A stretch of 64,000 nt of DNA from positions 32,001 through 96,000 of the forward strand of contig JBGARZ010000007.1 of NCBI GenBank assembly GCA_044229975.1, given 5' to 3'. The notes beneath the pieces are model-generated. The model saw nothing but the letters and a program-made list of their open reading frames with translations, did not search any database and was not told the origin of the DNA. Source of the stretch: Polyangiales bacterium. Its GTDB lineage: Bacteria; Myxococcota_A; Polyangia; Polyangiales; Ga0077539. Made by a program: the position numbers and the translations under genes. Shown one piece after another: positions 37,020-48,863 of the stretch (position 1 is the first letter of the stretch; every line of letters begins with the position of its first letter).

Positions 37020-37699
37020 AGCGCTGGTTGGGAGTGACGCTGCTCGCAGCGACGATGATGGCGGGCACCGCGGCGTGGGCCCAGGAGCACGGCGCCGAAG
37101 GCGGGCACGAGGCGGGTGGGTTCCACCAGCCCGGCCCCATCAACTGGACGGGCGTCGGCGGCACCGTGACCACCATGGAGCACGGCCGCGAGATCACCAC
37201 GCCCCGGCCGCCGCCCTTCGTCGGCCCGCTCATCAACTTCGGCATCCTGCTCGTGCTCGGGTACATGGCCGTCACGCGCTCCATCAACCCGTCGCTGCAA
37301 GCACGCCGCGCCGCGATGGAGAGCGAGATCGCCGAGGCCAAGCGCCTCCACGCCGAAGCGCAGACGATGCACGACGAGGTGAGCACCAAGCTCGGCGCCC
37401 TCGACGCGGAGATCGACACGCTGAAGTCGCAGTTCGTGAAGGCCGGTGAGGCCGAGCGCGACCGCATCATCGCCGAGGCGCACGCCCGCGTGGAGCGCAT
37501 GCGCGCCGACGGCACGGCGACCATCGAGACCGAGCTCAAGGCGCTGCGCGAAGACCTGCGGCGCGAGGCGGTGCTGGCGGCTGCTGCTGCTGCTGAGGCG
37601 ACGGTGCGGTCGAGCATCGGCGCGGACGACCAGCGGCGCCTGGCGGATGAGTACCTCGCGGGCCTGGAGTCTGCGGGCAAGGAAGGGGCACAGGCGTGA
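37016..37699 (+). CDS. atpF: ATP synthase F0 subunit b with N-terminal signal-like/His-containing extension
   Basis: LINFGILL TM, L.ARR, coiled coil, DQRRL.DEYL; GTGA overlap. Confidence 0.88.
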   Translation: MKRWLGVTLLAATMMAGTAAWAQEHGAEGGHEAGGFHQPGPINWTGVGGTVTTMEHGREITTPRPPPFVGPLINFGILLVLGYMAVTRSINPSLQARRAAMESEIAEAKRLHAEAQTMHDEVSTKLGALDAEIDTLKSQFVKAGEAERDRIIAEAHARVERMRADGTATIETELKALREDLRREAVLAAAAAAEATVRSSIGADDQRRLADEYLAGLESAGKEGAQA

Positions 37700-38235
37700 G
37701 CTCACCCACGGCACGACGCTACGCGAAGGCGATCTTCATGATCGGCGTGGAGGAGGGCAACGTCGACGCCCTCACGCGCGAGATCGGCGAGCTCGCCGCG
37801 ACGCTGAAGGGCTCCCCGGAGCTCCTCGAACTGCTGGCGAGCCCGGTGGTGCGCGAAGACGCGCGCCGCGCGGTGATGAAGGACGTCGCCTCGCGGATGG
37901 GTCTCTCGGCGACGGCGCGCAACGTGGCGCTGCTGCTGACCGACCGTCGCAAGGGGGCGATCATCCCCGACGTGGCGACGGCGCTCTCGGCGCTCGGCGA
38001 CGAGAAGGCGGGCAAGGTTCAGGCGGAGGTGACCTCGGCGGTGCCTCTGAGCGACGCGCAGTACACCCGGCTCACGGGCGTGCTGGAGAAGCTCACGGGG
38101 CGCTCCATCGCCCTCGCGCGAAAGGTCGACCCGTCGCTCATCGGCGGCGTGGTCACGAGGATTGGCGACAAGGTCTACGACGGCAGCGTACGCACCCGGC
38201 TCGAAGAGCTGCGCGCGACGGCACTTCAGGCGTAA
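37696..38235 (+). CDS. atpH: ATP synthase delta subunit
   Basis: ARRYAKA, VTSAVPL, VDPSLIGG, DGSVR..L. Confidence 0.96.
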   Translation: MSSPTARRYAKAIFMIGVEEGNVDALTREIGELAATLKGSPELLELLASPVVREDARRAVMKDVASRMGLSATARNVALLLTDRRKGAIIPDVATALSALGDEKAGKVQAEVTSAVPLSDAQYTRLTGVLEKLTGRSIALARKVDPSLIGGVVTRIGDKVYDGSVRTRLEELRATALQA

Positions 38236-38249
38236 ACGGGCGGACATAG

Positions 38250-39935
<1,686 letters not shown>

Positions 39936-39956
39936 GCCGCGCCCTGGAGTGTTGAG

Positions 39957-40859
39957 ATGCCCTCGCTGAAGGCGATTCGCCGGCGCATCGCGTCGGTCAA
40001 GAGCACGCAGAAGATCACCCGCGCCATGAAGATGGTGGCGGCGGCCCGGCTCAACCGCGCGCAGCTCCGCATCAAGGCGCTGCGGCCCTACGCCGTGAAG
40101 ACGGCGGAGGTGCTGCGCTCGCTCGCCTCGCGGGCGGGCGGCGACGAGGAGGGTGCACACGCCCTGCTCGCGCAGCGCCCGGTGAAGCGCGTGCTGCTGT
40201 TGGTGCTCACGAGCGACCGCGGTCTGGCGGGGGCGTTCAACAGCTCCATCCAGCGCGCGGCCGAGCGCAAGATCGCCGAGCTCAAGGCCGAGGGCAGCGA
40301 GGTGCTCATCGGCGCCATCGGCAAGAAGGGCCGCGACTACCTGCGACGGCGCGGGTACGAGTCGAAGCACGACTGGTCGGGCCACGGCGAGCCGACGTCC
40401 GAGCGGGCGGCGGAGATCGCGCGGCTGGTCTCACGCGAGTTCATCGAGGGGGAGGTCGATCGGGTGATCGTCCTCTTCAACGAGTTCAAGAGCGCGATGA
40501 CGCAGAAGGTGACCTTCCTTCCGCTGCTGCCCATCGAGACCAGCGAAGAGCCCTCGACGGCGGCATCGAACAACGCGGCGCAGTCGAGCAAGAGCACGGT
40601 GGACTACATCTACGAGCCGTCGCAGGGCGCCCTGCTCGACCGGCTGCTCCCGATGTACGTCGAGGTGTCGGTGTTTCGCGCGATGCTGGACTCCAGCGCG
40701 AGCGAGCACGGGGCGCGCATGACCGCCATGGACAGCGCGACCAACAACGCCAAGAAGATGATCGGCGCCCTGACCCTTGAGTACAACCGCGCCCGCCAGG
40801 CCGCGATCACCAAGGAGCTCATGGAGATCATCGGCGGCGCCGAGGCCCTCAAGGACTGA
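39957..40859 (+). CDS. atpG: ATP synthase gamma subunit
   Basis: TQKITRAMKMVAA, SDRGL.G.FN, SEHGARM.AM.SA..NA, RQAAITKEL.EI. Confidence 0.98.
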   Translation: MPSLKAIRRRIASVKSTQKITRAMKMVAAARLNRAQLRIKALRPYAVKTAEVLRSLASRAGGDEEGAHALLAQRPVKRVLLLVLTSDRGLAGAFNSSIQRAAERKIAELKAEGSEVLIGAIGKKGRDYLRRRGYESKHDWSGHGEPTSERAAEIARLVSREFIEGEVDRVIVLFNEFKSAMTQKVTFLPLLPIETSEEPSTAASNNAAQSSKSTVDYIYEPSQGALLDRLLPMYVEVSVFRAMLDSSASEHGARMTAMDSATNNAKKMIGALTLEYNRARQAAITKELMEIIGGAEALKD

Positions 40860-40971
40860 GTCGGCCTCCCACGAGGCATCCGTCCGGGTGCCTCTGTTTC
40901 TCCTTCCAAAATCGCCATCTCCAACTCCCGCAGCGTCGGCGTTGGAGTCGTCGTGTGCCCGGTTGAGAACC

Positions 40972-41219
40972 CGTCGCGTCCACGCACGGAGTTCACCGTG
41001 CCGCCCCCGCGCCCGTCGCGCTCGGTTCACTCCGGGCTATTTCACGCGGATCGCCCCGCCGAAGCGGGGCTCAGTAGGCCCACCTGAAGGCATTCGATCG
41101 TCCCATGGTGGACGCACGGAGCCCCGCTTCGGCGGGGCAATCCGCGTGAAATAGCCCGGAGTGAACCGAGCATGACGGGCGCGGGGGCGGCACGGTGAAC
41201 TCCGTGCGCGGACGCGGCG
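40972..41219. repeat. Very long inverted repeat, 101-bp arms (96/101), 46-nt spacer
   Basis: Arms 40972-41072 and 41119-41219; each arm holds an internal hairpin gccccgc-cgaa-gcggggc. Confidence 0.97.
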
Positions 41220-41325
41220 AGCTGTCCTCCCTCGTGAAGCGAAGGAGAACTCGGTGTCCTCAGTAGGGCACCACCCCGACTCCAGGGGTCTCGACAGCCT
41301 CGCGGAGTGCGTCGACCGTGAGCGG

Positions 41326-41874
41326 ATGAACCCATCCGACGAGGGGCCCTACCGCACCGTTGCGCCGAGTCCGCCCGCCGCGCCGCGAAGGTCGCTGCCG
41401 CTCGGTGCGACGCTCTTCGCGGTGGCGGCATCGCTCCCCTGCGCGCTCGGATGGTTGGGCCCGTATGCGTCGCTCTTCTTCGCGCTCCTCGGCCTCGTGG
41501 CGACGTTCACCGCGCTGGCCCTCGGGCACCGCACGCGCGCCCTCCAGCTCGGCGTCGCGTGCGTGCTCATCACGGCCGTCGCGTGCGTCTCCATCGTGCT
41601 CGAACAGCGGCGGACCAACGCACTCGTCGACCGCTACGAGCGGGAGATCATTCCCGCGGTCTACCGCTATCGGGCCGACCAGGGGCAGTACCCGCGAACG
41701 CTCGACGAGCTCGTCCCGCGGTACCTCCCGCACCGCATCCCGACGGGCTTCGAGGAGCCATACAACATCGTGTACTTCACCTTCGACGACGACGCGCGGC
41801 TGCTGGTGCGCGGCTACGCCTGCACGGACTCCCACGCCTGGCACTTCAAACAACACCAGCGCGTGGCGCCGTAG
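41326..41874 (+). CDS. Hypothetical membrane protein with pseudopilin-like YP.TLDELVP.YL motif
   Basis: Three TM segments then YRADQGQYPRTLDELVPRYL. Confidence 0.65.
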   Translation: MNPSDEGPYRTVAPSPPAAPRRSLPLGATLFAVAASLPCALGWLGPYASLFFALLGLVATFTALALGHRTRALQLGVACVLITAVACVSIVLEQRRTNALVDRYEREIIPAVYRYRADQGQYPRTLDELVPRYLPHRIPTGFEEPYNIVYFTFDDDARLLVRGYACTDSHAWHFKQHQRVAP

Positions 41875-41926
41875 CGCCGTCAGAAACACCCGCTCCCCGT
41901 CGCCGCGGTGGTAGCCCACCCGTCCG

Positions 41927-42607
41927 ATGCTGACCCCCGCCCACGAGCGCGCCCTCACCGTCTCTCCCACCGCTGATCCGACCCGCGTTCGCACCCACGA
42001 CGGCGTCGTGCTCGCCGCTCCACCCGGCTGGGCGCTGCTCCCGCCGGGCGACGCCGGGCTCACCCGCCGCGTGAAGGCCGCCGGCCCCGCGTGGACCGTC
42101 GTCGAGCGCAAGGGCAACAAGAACTTCTCCCGCGGCGTGTGGGCCCCCGCCGCGCACATCGACGCCGCCCGCAGCGACCTCGACGTCGAGCGCGCGAAGC
42201 CCGCCTACGCGCGACGCCTCGCCGCCGATGCGAAGCGCCGCGAGGTCGCCCAGGGTGAGTACGTCGCCACCTTCGAGGCCGAGGTGCTGGCCTTCCTACG
42301 CTTCGCCCCCGCGTGGTCGGAGCAGGGCCGCGCGCTCGCCCGCGCCGTCACCGCCCACGCCACGCCCGTCGGCAGCGGAACCGTCGCCCGCACCGAGCGC
42401 ATCCCCGTCGCCCAGCGCGCCGAGAGCGCCGTCATCGCGTGGATGCGCCACCAGACCACCGCCTACGACTCGATGACCATCGCCCGCGTGAAGGGCGAGC
42501 GCCGCGCCGTGCGCCGTGCGCTCGCCGAGATCGCCCGCGCCGTGCTCGACCTGCACCGGCGCGACGCCCCGCACGCGGCCACCTGTCCGCTCTGCCGCGC
42601 GCTCTGA
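41927..42607 (+). CDS. DUF2293-like protein
   Basis: LPPGDA.LTRRVK, FSRGVWAP, HATPVGSGTVART, AVIAWMRHQTT.YD. Confidence 0.85.
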   Translation: MLTPAHERALTVSPTADPTRVRTHDGVVLAAPPGWALLPPGDAGLTRRVKAAGPAWTVVERKGNKNFSRGVWAPAAHIDAARSDLDVERAKPAYARRLAADAKRREVAQGEYVATFEAEVLAFLRFAPAWSEQGRALARAVTAHATPVGSGTVARTERIPVAQRAESAVIAWMRHQTTAYDSMTIARVKGERRAVRRALAEIARAVLDLHRRDAPHAATCPLCRAL

Positions 42608-42609
42608 GG

Positions 42610-43053
42610 TCAGCGCACCGACACGAGGTCGACGACGAAGATCAGCGTCTCGTTGGGCCCGATGGCGCCGCCCGCGCCGCGCGCCCCGTAACCGAGGTCG
42701 GGCGGGATCACCAGCTCACGTCGACCGCCCACGCGCATCCCGGCGACGCCCTGATCCCAGCCGGGGATCACCATGTGCGCGCCGAGGCGGAAGCGGAAGG
42801 TCTGCGAGCGGTTCCAGGAGGCGTCGAACTCGCGCCCCGTCGACCACGCCACGCCGACGTACTGCACCTCGACCTCCATGCCCGCGCGCGCCTCGGCACC
42901 GGTGCCGCGCCGGATGTCGCGCGTGCGCAACGTGGTGGGCCGCGCCCCTGACGGAACCGTCACCGTGGGCCGCGTGGGAGCCGGGTCGGCGCTCAACGCC
43001 GAGCCGAAGGAAACCGCCGCGAGAAAGCCGAGCATCGTCACTGTCGTTCGCAT
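42610..43053 (-). CDS. FKBP-type peptidyl-prolyl isomerase (exported)
   Basis: V.YVG...G.EFDASW, VIPGWDQG, GGRRELVIPP.LGYG, TLIFVVDL. Confidence 0.95.
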   Translation of the reverse strand: MRTTVTMLGFLAAVSFGSALSADPAPTRPTVTVPSGARPTTLRTRDIRRGTGAEARAGMEVEVQYVGVAWSTGREFDASWNRSQTFRFRLGAHMVIPGWDQGVAGMRVGGRRELVIPPDLGYGARGAGGAIGPNETLIFVVDLVSVR

Positions 43054-43101
43054 GCGCCGACGTCTACCTCCGCGACGCCGCATCGTCGAGCGCCCATCGC
43101 G

Positions 43102-43932
43102 GTGCGATTGACGGGCGCGCGTGCGGCGGTGTTCCTTCCGGCGGTGCGCCCCCTCGCGATCGTCGTCTTCGCCGCGCTGCTCGTCGCCTGCAAGAGCCCC
43201 GCGACGCCCACCGTGCGCCCCTCCGCCACGCCCGTGATCGTCGTCGACGCGGGCGCCGTGCTCGTCGATGCGTCCGTCGACGCGGCCGTCGCGGAGTCCG
43301 ACGAAGAAGACTCCGGCCCGCCGCCCTTCGCCTCCTCCTGGAACGACCCCGCCGCCATCGCTCAGCTCGCGCGCGACTGCAACGCCGTGTCGCCGTCGAG
43401 CGTCCACGGCATGGGCGACGGACCCGACGGCCTCAACTGCGAGGACGGCATCACCGAGCAGTCGTGCAACTACGACCCCTGCCACGAGGACGTCGACACG
43501 CCCTGCCGCGTCACCTGCGGCCAGACCTGCTCGGGCTGCGACGCCCGCTGCCGAACCTCCTGCCGCACCTGCCGCGCCGCCTGCCACGACGACGCGTGCA
43601 TCCGCGCCTGCGCCGTCTCCTGCGGCCGCTGCCTGGAGGGCTGCATCGACGAGCGCGACCACTGCATGACCGCGGGCTGCACCGCGCGCTACGAGGCCTG
43701 CGCGCTGCGCGCCGCGACCGCCTTCCGCCGCGGCCCGTGCCTCCCCGTGTGCCGCCGATGCACCGCCACCTGCGCGAACGTCGAGGACCGCATGGAGTGC
43801 GTCGGCAGGTGCCTGCAACGACAGCGCGGCTGCACGGCGGAGCAGTCCAACCACTGCGCGTGGGAGGGCCCCGAGTTCGGCGAGGAGCTGCTCGCAAGCC
43901 GACGGGACGCGGGCGTCGGCGACGCGCGCTGA
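43102..43932 (+). CDS. Cys-rich lipoprotein with CxxxC/CxxC periodicity
   Basis: LVAC lipobox; CRVTCGQTCSGCDARCRTSCRTCRAAC...; start may be a downstream GTG. Confidence 0.75.
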   Translation: MRLTGARAAVFLPAVRPLAIVVFAALLVACKSPATPTVRPSATPVIVVDAGAVLVDASVDAAVAESDEEDSGPPPFASSWNDPAAIAQLARDCNAVSPSSVHGMGDGPDGLNCEDGITEQSCNYDPCHEDVDTPCRVTCGQTCSGCDARCRTSCRTCRAACHDDACIRACAVSCGRCLEGCIDERDHCMTAGCTARYEACALRAATAFRRGPCLPVCRRCTATCANVEDRMECVGRCLQRQRGCTAEQSNHCAWEGPEFGEELLASRRDAGVGDAR

Positions 43933-44207
43933 CGAGCACCGCGCGGGGCCCCGTCGGGCGATCGACGGCGCGGGACACGCAGACGTGTGATCGGCGCTCG
44001 GCGCTCCCGAAGGCAGGCGGTGCGGCTGCCTGAGCGGCGCTGCCGGGCGGGCAACGCCGGTCGGCATGATGCTTTTCGGCGTTCGGAGCGCGCTCGCGCC
44101 GGAATGCACGGTGCGGATCAACACGGGCCCGGTCGTTGCGCCCGCGTCATCTCGACGGCACGACGAATCCTCGCGCCGCCACCGCTCCTCCGCTGTTACG
44201 AAGACGC

Positions 44208-45626
44208 ATGTCCTTCCCGCGACGCGTCTCCCTCGCCTTCACGCTGATGTCGCTCGCGGCCTGTGATGACGCCGCGCCCGCGGTGCCGACCGACGCGGGC
44301 GTCGACGTCGCCTCGTCGACCGACGTCGCGGTCGACGTTGCGACCGTGGAGGACGACGTCCCGCCGCCCGAGCGCTTCACCTACGTCCCCGCGGGTTGCA
44401 CCCACCGGGTCACGGCGCCCGTCGGAACCACCAACACCTTCCGCGACGACCGCACCACCTTCGGCGCGTCGCCGGAGCCCCGCAACGTCCACGTCTCGTG
44501 GCCCGCCGACCCGGCGTCCACGGCGGCCTTCGTGTGGTCGACCGACCCCGCCACCCGCGCGAGCGTGGTGCAGTACGGAACGAGCCCGACGGCGCTCGAC
44601 CAGACCGCGGTCGGCAGCGTCGGGACGGCGGGGCTCATGGGCAATCAGGTGACCGTCCACGAGACGCACGTGTGCGGCCTCGCGCCCGACACGACGTACC
44701 ACTACCGCGTCGGCGGCGAAGGACACTGGAGCGCCGTGCAGCGCTTCAAGACGGCGCCCGCGCCGGGTCGATCGGACTACGACGTCCGCTTCGTGGTGAG
44801 CGGCGACTCGCGAGACAACGCGACCCTCTGGGCGCAGGTGCAGGAGCGCGTGATGAGCGGCATGAACCCGCCGGACTTCGAGCTCTTCACCGGCGACGCG
44901 GTGGTCGTCGGCTTCTTCCAGAACCTCTGGGAAGCCTGGTTTGCGGGGGCGCGCACGGCGATGGCGGCGGTTCCGTTTGTGATGGCGCACGGCAACCACG
45001 AGGGGCTGACGGTCAACTACCTCCAGCAGTTTGCGCAGCCGCAGACAGGGGTCGCGGCGCAGGACGAGCTGTACTTCTCGCTCGACTACGGACCGGTGCA
45101 CCTCGTGGTGCTCAACGACACGCCGTCGCGCTCCGACTTCGAGGGCGACCTCCGCGGAACGCAGCGCGCGTGGCTACGGGCCGACCTCGAACGGGCGCGC
45201 GCCAACCGGTCGCGGGTGCCGTTCATCATCGCGACGCACCACAAGCCGCCGTTCGCGTCATCGGGCTCCGACGAGATCGACATCCTGGCCGTGCGCGAGG
45301 CGTGGGCGCCGCTGTACGACGAGTTCGGCGTCGACCTCGTGCTCAACGGTCACGAGCACAACTTCGAGCTGAGCCGCGAGGTCGACGGCACGGGCCGCGA
45401 GGTCACCGGCCGTCGCGGAACGCGCTACGTCGTCACGGGTGGCGCGGGCGCCTCGCTCACCGGCGGGGGTGACCGCACGCTGCGTCCGTGGGGCGCGTAC
45501 TTCGAGAGCGCGCTGCATTACGTGGAGGTCCACGCGACGATGACCCGCCTGGAGGTGACGCCGCGTCGGCTCGACGGAACGGTCATCGAAGCGGGTCGGG
45601 TGAGCCTCGCGCCGCGCGCTCCTTGA
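44208..45626 (+). CDS. Purple-acid-phosphatase-like metallophosphoesterase lipoprotein
   Basis: LAAC lipobox; FN3-like L.PDTTY.YRVG; GD, GD, GNHE, THH, GHEH motifs. Confidence 0.9.
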   Translation: MSFPRRVSLAFTLMSLAACDDAAPAVPTDAGVDVASSTDVAVDVATVEDDVPPPERFTYVPAGCTHRVTAPVGTTNTFRDDRTTFGASPEPRNVHVSWPADPASTAAFVWSTDPATRASVVQYGTSPTALDQTAVGSVGTAGLMGNQVTVHETHVCGLAPDTTYHYRVGGEGHWSAVQRFKTAPAPGRSDYDVRFVVSGDSRDNATLWAQVQERVMSGMNPPDFELFTGDAVVVGFFQNLWEAWFAGARTAMAAVPFVMAHGNHEGLTVNYLQQFAQPQTGVAAQDELYFSLDYGPVHLVVLNDTPSRSDFEGDLRGTQRAWLRADLERARANRSRVPFIIATHHKPPFASSGSDEIDILAVREAWAPLYDEFGVDLVLNGHEHNFELSREVDGTGREVTGRRGTRYVVTGGAGASLTGGGDRTLRPWGAYFESALHYVEVHATMTRLEVTPRRLDGTVIEAGRVSLAPRAP

Positions 45627-45667
45627 TCGCGGCGATGGCATCGTTGCGGTAGCGCTGGCGGCGCGCG

Positions 45668-46264
45668 ATGCTCCCTTCCATGACGGCGCAGACGCTCTCG
45701 GCTGGCACCTCGCAGGCGTACCGCCGGGTGATCGACTCGCTGCCTGCGGAGCTGCGCGGTGAGGTCATCGCGGGACGGCTGGTGGTGATGCCGCGTCCGG
45801 CTCCGGCGCACGCCCACGCGGTGCGCGTCGTGGCGGGAAGCTTCGGCGCGTGGTTTCAGGACGGCGACGGAGGCCCCGGAGGCTGGTGGATCCTGCCCGA
45901 GCCGGAGCTGACGCTGGGCGTCGACCCGGAGTACGAGCCCATCGTGCCGGACGTGTGCGGCTGGCGGCGCGATCGGGTCCCGGTGTTTCCCGAGGGGGCG
46001 AGCGTGCGCGTGGTGCCGTCCTGGGTGTGCGAGGTGCTCTCGCCCCGGACGAGGGCGCACGACCGCGACGAGAAGCTGCCGTTCTACGGGCGCGCGGGCG
46101 TCGACCACGCGTGGCTCATCGACCCCGACGCGCAGACGCTGGAGGCGTTTTGTCGCGACGACGAAGTGATGGTGCCGTGCGGTGTCTGGCGCGACACCGG
46201 ACGGGTGCGCGTCGCGCCCTTCGATGAGGTGGAGTTCGACCTCGGGCGGCTCTGGTTGCGCTGA
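45668..46264 (+). CDS. Uma2-family endonuclease
   Basis: EVI.G.L..MP.P...H, VPD, CEVLSP.T...D...K..FY...GV...WLIDP. Confidence 0.92.
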   Translation: MLPSMTAQTLSAGTSQAYRRVIDSLPAELRGEVIAGRLVVMPRPAPAHAHAVRVVAGSFGAWFQDGDGGPGGWWILPEPELTLGVDPEYEPIVPDVCGWRRDRVPVFPEGASVRVVPSWVCEVLSPRTRAHDRDEKLPFYGRAGVDHAWLIDPDAQTLEAFCRDDEVMVPCGVWRDTGRVRVAPFDEVEFDLGRLWLR

Positions 46265-46312
46265 CCTCGGCGTGCGTCGATGGAGGTACCGCTCAAGACG
46301 TTCGTCGGGTGA

Positions 46313-46795
46313 TCAGCGCACCGGGAGCAGGCGCGTCTCTTCGGCGCGGGCGCGGCCGTCTTCGGTTCCTTCGACGCGGGTGACGAGCGCGCCGTCGGGA
46401 GCGAGTCGGTAGACGATGCGCGACGGGAAGTCGTGCGCGGGGTTCACGAAGACGGCCTCATGGTCGGTCGCAGACTCCATGCGAAACGGAGTGGCCGTAC
46501 CGCCGCGGGGCATCGCGGTGTAGACGACGCCCGCGTCCGTCGCCTCGATGCGGAGGAACTCGAAGAACACCGTCCGCTCGCCCGCGATGACGCGCCCGGT
46601 GCCGAGCATCGAGCCCGCGCGGGGGGAGGTCCATTGCTCTTCGGTGACGGCTCCGTCGGCGTCGGAGCGCCACGTCCCCTCGATGAAGGCCAGCGGCGCG
46701 AGCGGGCCCGTGACCGTCGCGCGAGGACGCATCGGCGTGTGGGCGCAGGCCATCAGCAGCGCACCGAGCAGCGCGGGTCGTGCCGCGACGATCAC
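46313..46795 (-). CDS. DUF6265-like lipoprotein
   Basis: LAFIEGTW, EEQW....G.MLG, FEFLRI, F.NPAHDFP.RI.Y. Confidence 0.8.
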   Translation of the reverse strand: MIVAARPALLGALLMACAHTPMRPRATVTGPLAPLAFIEGTWRSDADGAVTEEQWTSPRAGSMLGTGRVIAGERTVFFEFLRIEATDAGVVYTAMPRGGTATPFRMESATDHEAVFVNPAHDFPSRIVYRLAPDGALVTRVEGTEDGRARAEETRLLPVR

Positions 46796-47190
46796 CGGCC
46801 AGCGGGAGGCGTCGCTTGCGTCCAGCCGGGGCAGGTCGCGAGCTCGGCGCCGTTGAGCGTGAGGCCGCCGTGCTCGCCGCAGACGGACTGGTTGCGCAGC
46901 ACGCACTCGTCGCCGTCCTCGTCGAGCAGGCGGATGTCGTAGCTCCCGCACTCCACGCCGCGCAGCGCCAGCGTGGTGCCGTCGTGGAAGGTGTGGTTGT
47001 GCGTGTGGTCCTCGCTCCAGGCGTTGCGCTGCGGCGCGCTCAGGTAGAGGTGGAAGAGCGCGTAGCCCGAGCGGTTGTGCACCGCGATGCTCCCATCACC
47101 CGACGCCGCGGCGGGCGTCGCCGTGCCCGTGCTCGCGCACCCGAGACCCGCCACCGCCGACAGCACCACGATCGCCTCGCGCCAACCCAT
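46792..47190 (-). CDS. Hypothetical lipoprotein
   Basis: GLGC lipobox; NRSGY....LYLS......W..D, YDI...DEDG.EC. Confidence 0.7.
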   Translation of the reverse strand: MGWREAIVVLSAVAGLGCASTGTATPAAASGDGSIAVHNRSGYALFHLYLSAPQRNAWSEDHTHNHTFHDGTTLALRGVECGSYDIRLLDEDGDECVLRNQSVCGEHGGLTLNGAELATCPGWTQATPPAGR

Positions 47191-47295
47191 CGCTCACCTC
47201 GCCGACGGACCTCGACGCCCGTCATGGACGCCCCTCACGGTCGAGCACGAGGGTGCCGCAACCTGTGGCTCCAAGGGAAGAGATGTGCAGAAGCG

Positions 47296-48633
47296 CTACC
47301 GCCGCGCGGTGGGCGCCCTGGGCACCGCGGCGCCCGTCGGGGCCTCGCGCACCATGCCCCGCAGGAGCTGGTAGCCCACCCGCAGTTGCAGGTCGCGAAT
47401 CTCGCTCCCCGGAACCGGCGGCGGCGGTGCGTCGCCGCTCTCGCGGTGCGGCAGGTGCTGGTCGAGGTCACGCTCCCGCTCCGGCGCGTCGGCCGAACCC
47501 GCGGCGGGTTCTTCGGGCAGCTCGACCTGCTCGACCTGCACGTCGGGCGCGATGCCCTGCGCCTGGATGCTGCGACCCGAGGGCGTGAAGTACCGCGCGA
47601 TGGTGATCTTGAGCGCGCCGCCGTCCGAGAGGTCGATGACCGTCTGCACGCTGCCCTTGCCGAAGGTGCGGACGCCTACCAGCGTCGCCCGCCGGTGGTC
47701 TTGCAGCGCGCCCGCGACGATCTCGGCGGCGCTCGCGGTGTACTCGTTGACCAGCACCACCATCGGGAAGTCGGGCAGCGTGCCCGGACCCTGCGCGCGC
47801 GCCTCGTCCTGCGCCGCGCCGTTGCGCCCGCGCGTCGACACGATCACCCCGTCGCGCAGGAACTCATCCGTCACGCTGATGCCCTCATCCAGCAACCCAC
47901 CGGGGTTGTTGCGGAGGTCGAGCACCAGGCCGCGCAGCGAGCCGCCGGCCTCGCGGGTGAGGCGCTCGATGGCGAGCTGGAGTTCCCATGAGGCGTGGTC
48001 CTGGAAGCTCTTGAGGTTCACGTAGCCGATGCGCTCGGGCAGGAGCTGCGCGTCGACGCTGGTGACGTGCACCACCTCGCGCACCAGCTCCAGGCGGATG
48101 GGGTCCGTCGCCCCGCGCCGACGAAACACCACCCGCACCCGCGTGCCTGCCGCGCCGCGCATGCGCCGCACGGCCTCGTCCACCGAGAGCCCGCGCGCGT
48201 CCCGGTTCTCGATGGAGATGATCTCGTCGCCCGCGCGCACGCCCGCCCGATCGGCGGGTGAGCCCGCGATGGGGGAGACGACCATGAGGTACTCGCCGCG
48301 CGCGTCGATCTCCACGCCGACGCCGCCGAAGTCACCGCTCGTGTCGCTCTGGAGCAGCGCGTACTCCTCGCGATTGAGGTAGCTGCTGTGCGGGTCGAGG
48401 GAGTTCACCATCCCCCGGATGGCCCCGTCGAGCAGGCGGTCTTCGTGCACCGGGTCGACGTAGCTGTTCTCGACGTGGGCCAGCACCTCCGAGAGCACCC
48501 CGAGCCGACGGTACGGCGAGGCCGACGGCGGATCGGCGTGGGCGCCCCGCTCGCTCAACGCCCCCGCACCGAAGGCGCCGAGCGCCAGCGCCGCCACCCC
48601 GAAGCCCCGCACCCAGCGCTGTCTCGATCGCAC
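47296..48633 (-). CDS. ctpA: S41 carboxyl-terminal processing protease
   Basis: LDPHS, PDZ region, DLRNNPGG, TASAAEI, TFGKGSVQ. Confidence 0.93.
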   Translation of the reverse strand: MRSRQRWVRGFGVAALALGAFGAGALSERGAHADPPSASPYRRLGVLSEVLAHVENSYVDPVHEDRLLDGAIRGMVNSLDPHSSYLNREEYALLQSDTSGDFGGVGVEIDARGEYLMVVSPIAGSPADRAGVRAGDEIISIENRDARGLSVDEAVRRMRGAAGTRVRVVFRRRGATDPIRLELVREVVHVTSVDAQLLPERIGYVNLKSFQDHASWELQLAIERLTREAGGSLRGLVLDLRNNPGGLLDEGISVTDEFLRDGVIVSTRGRNGAAQDEARAQGPGTLPDFPMVVLVNEYTASAAEIVAGALQDHRRATLVGVRTFGKGSVQTVIDLSDGGALKITIARYFTPSGRSIQAQGIAPDVQVEQVELPEEPAAGSADAPERERDLDQHLPHRESGDAPPPPVPGSEIRDLQLRVGYQLLRGMVREAPTGAAVPRAPTARR

Positions 48634-48863
48634 GTGTCCGCTCGCTTCCCGGTCGTTGAAGGGCCGCGGACACTACACCCCGAAGCGACGCCCGCGAAAC
48701 ACCTCCCGCCGTCACAGCCCCGGTGCTCACTTGACGCTGTCGGACAGTGTGAGAGAACACGCGCCGCTCGCGCCGATTCGGGCGTTGGAGAGCCATTCAG
48801 CGAAAGTCCCGCCGCCACTCCAATCCTTCCCCTGGCGTTGGGCGCTCACCGGAGAACCCTTTC

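Noticed and set aside
47244..47258. Sigma54-like motif upstream of 47190 (minus strand)
   Set aside because: GG-to-GC spacing is 9 nt rather than the required 10
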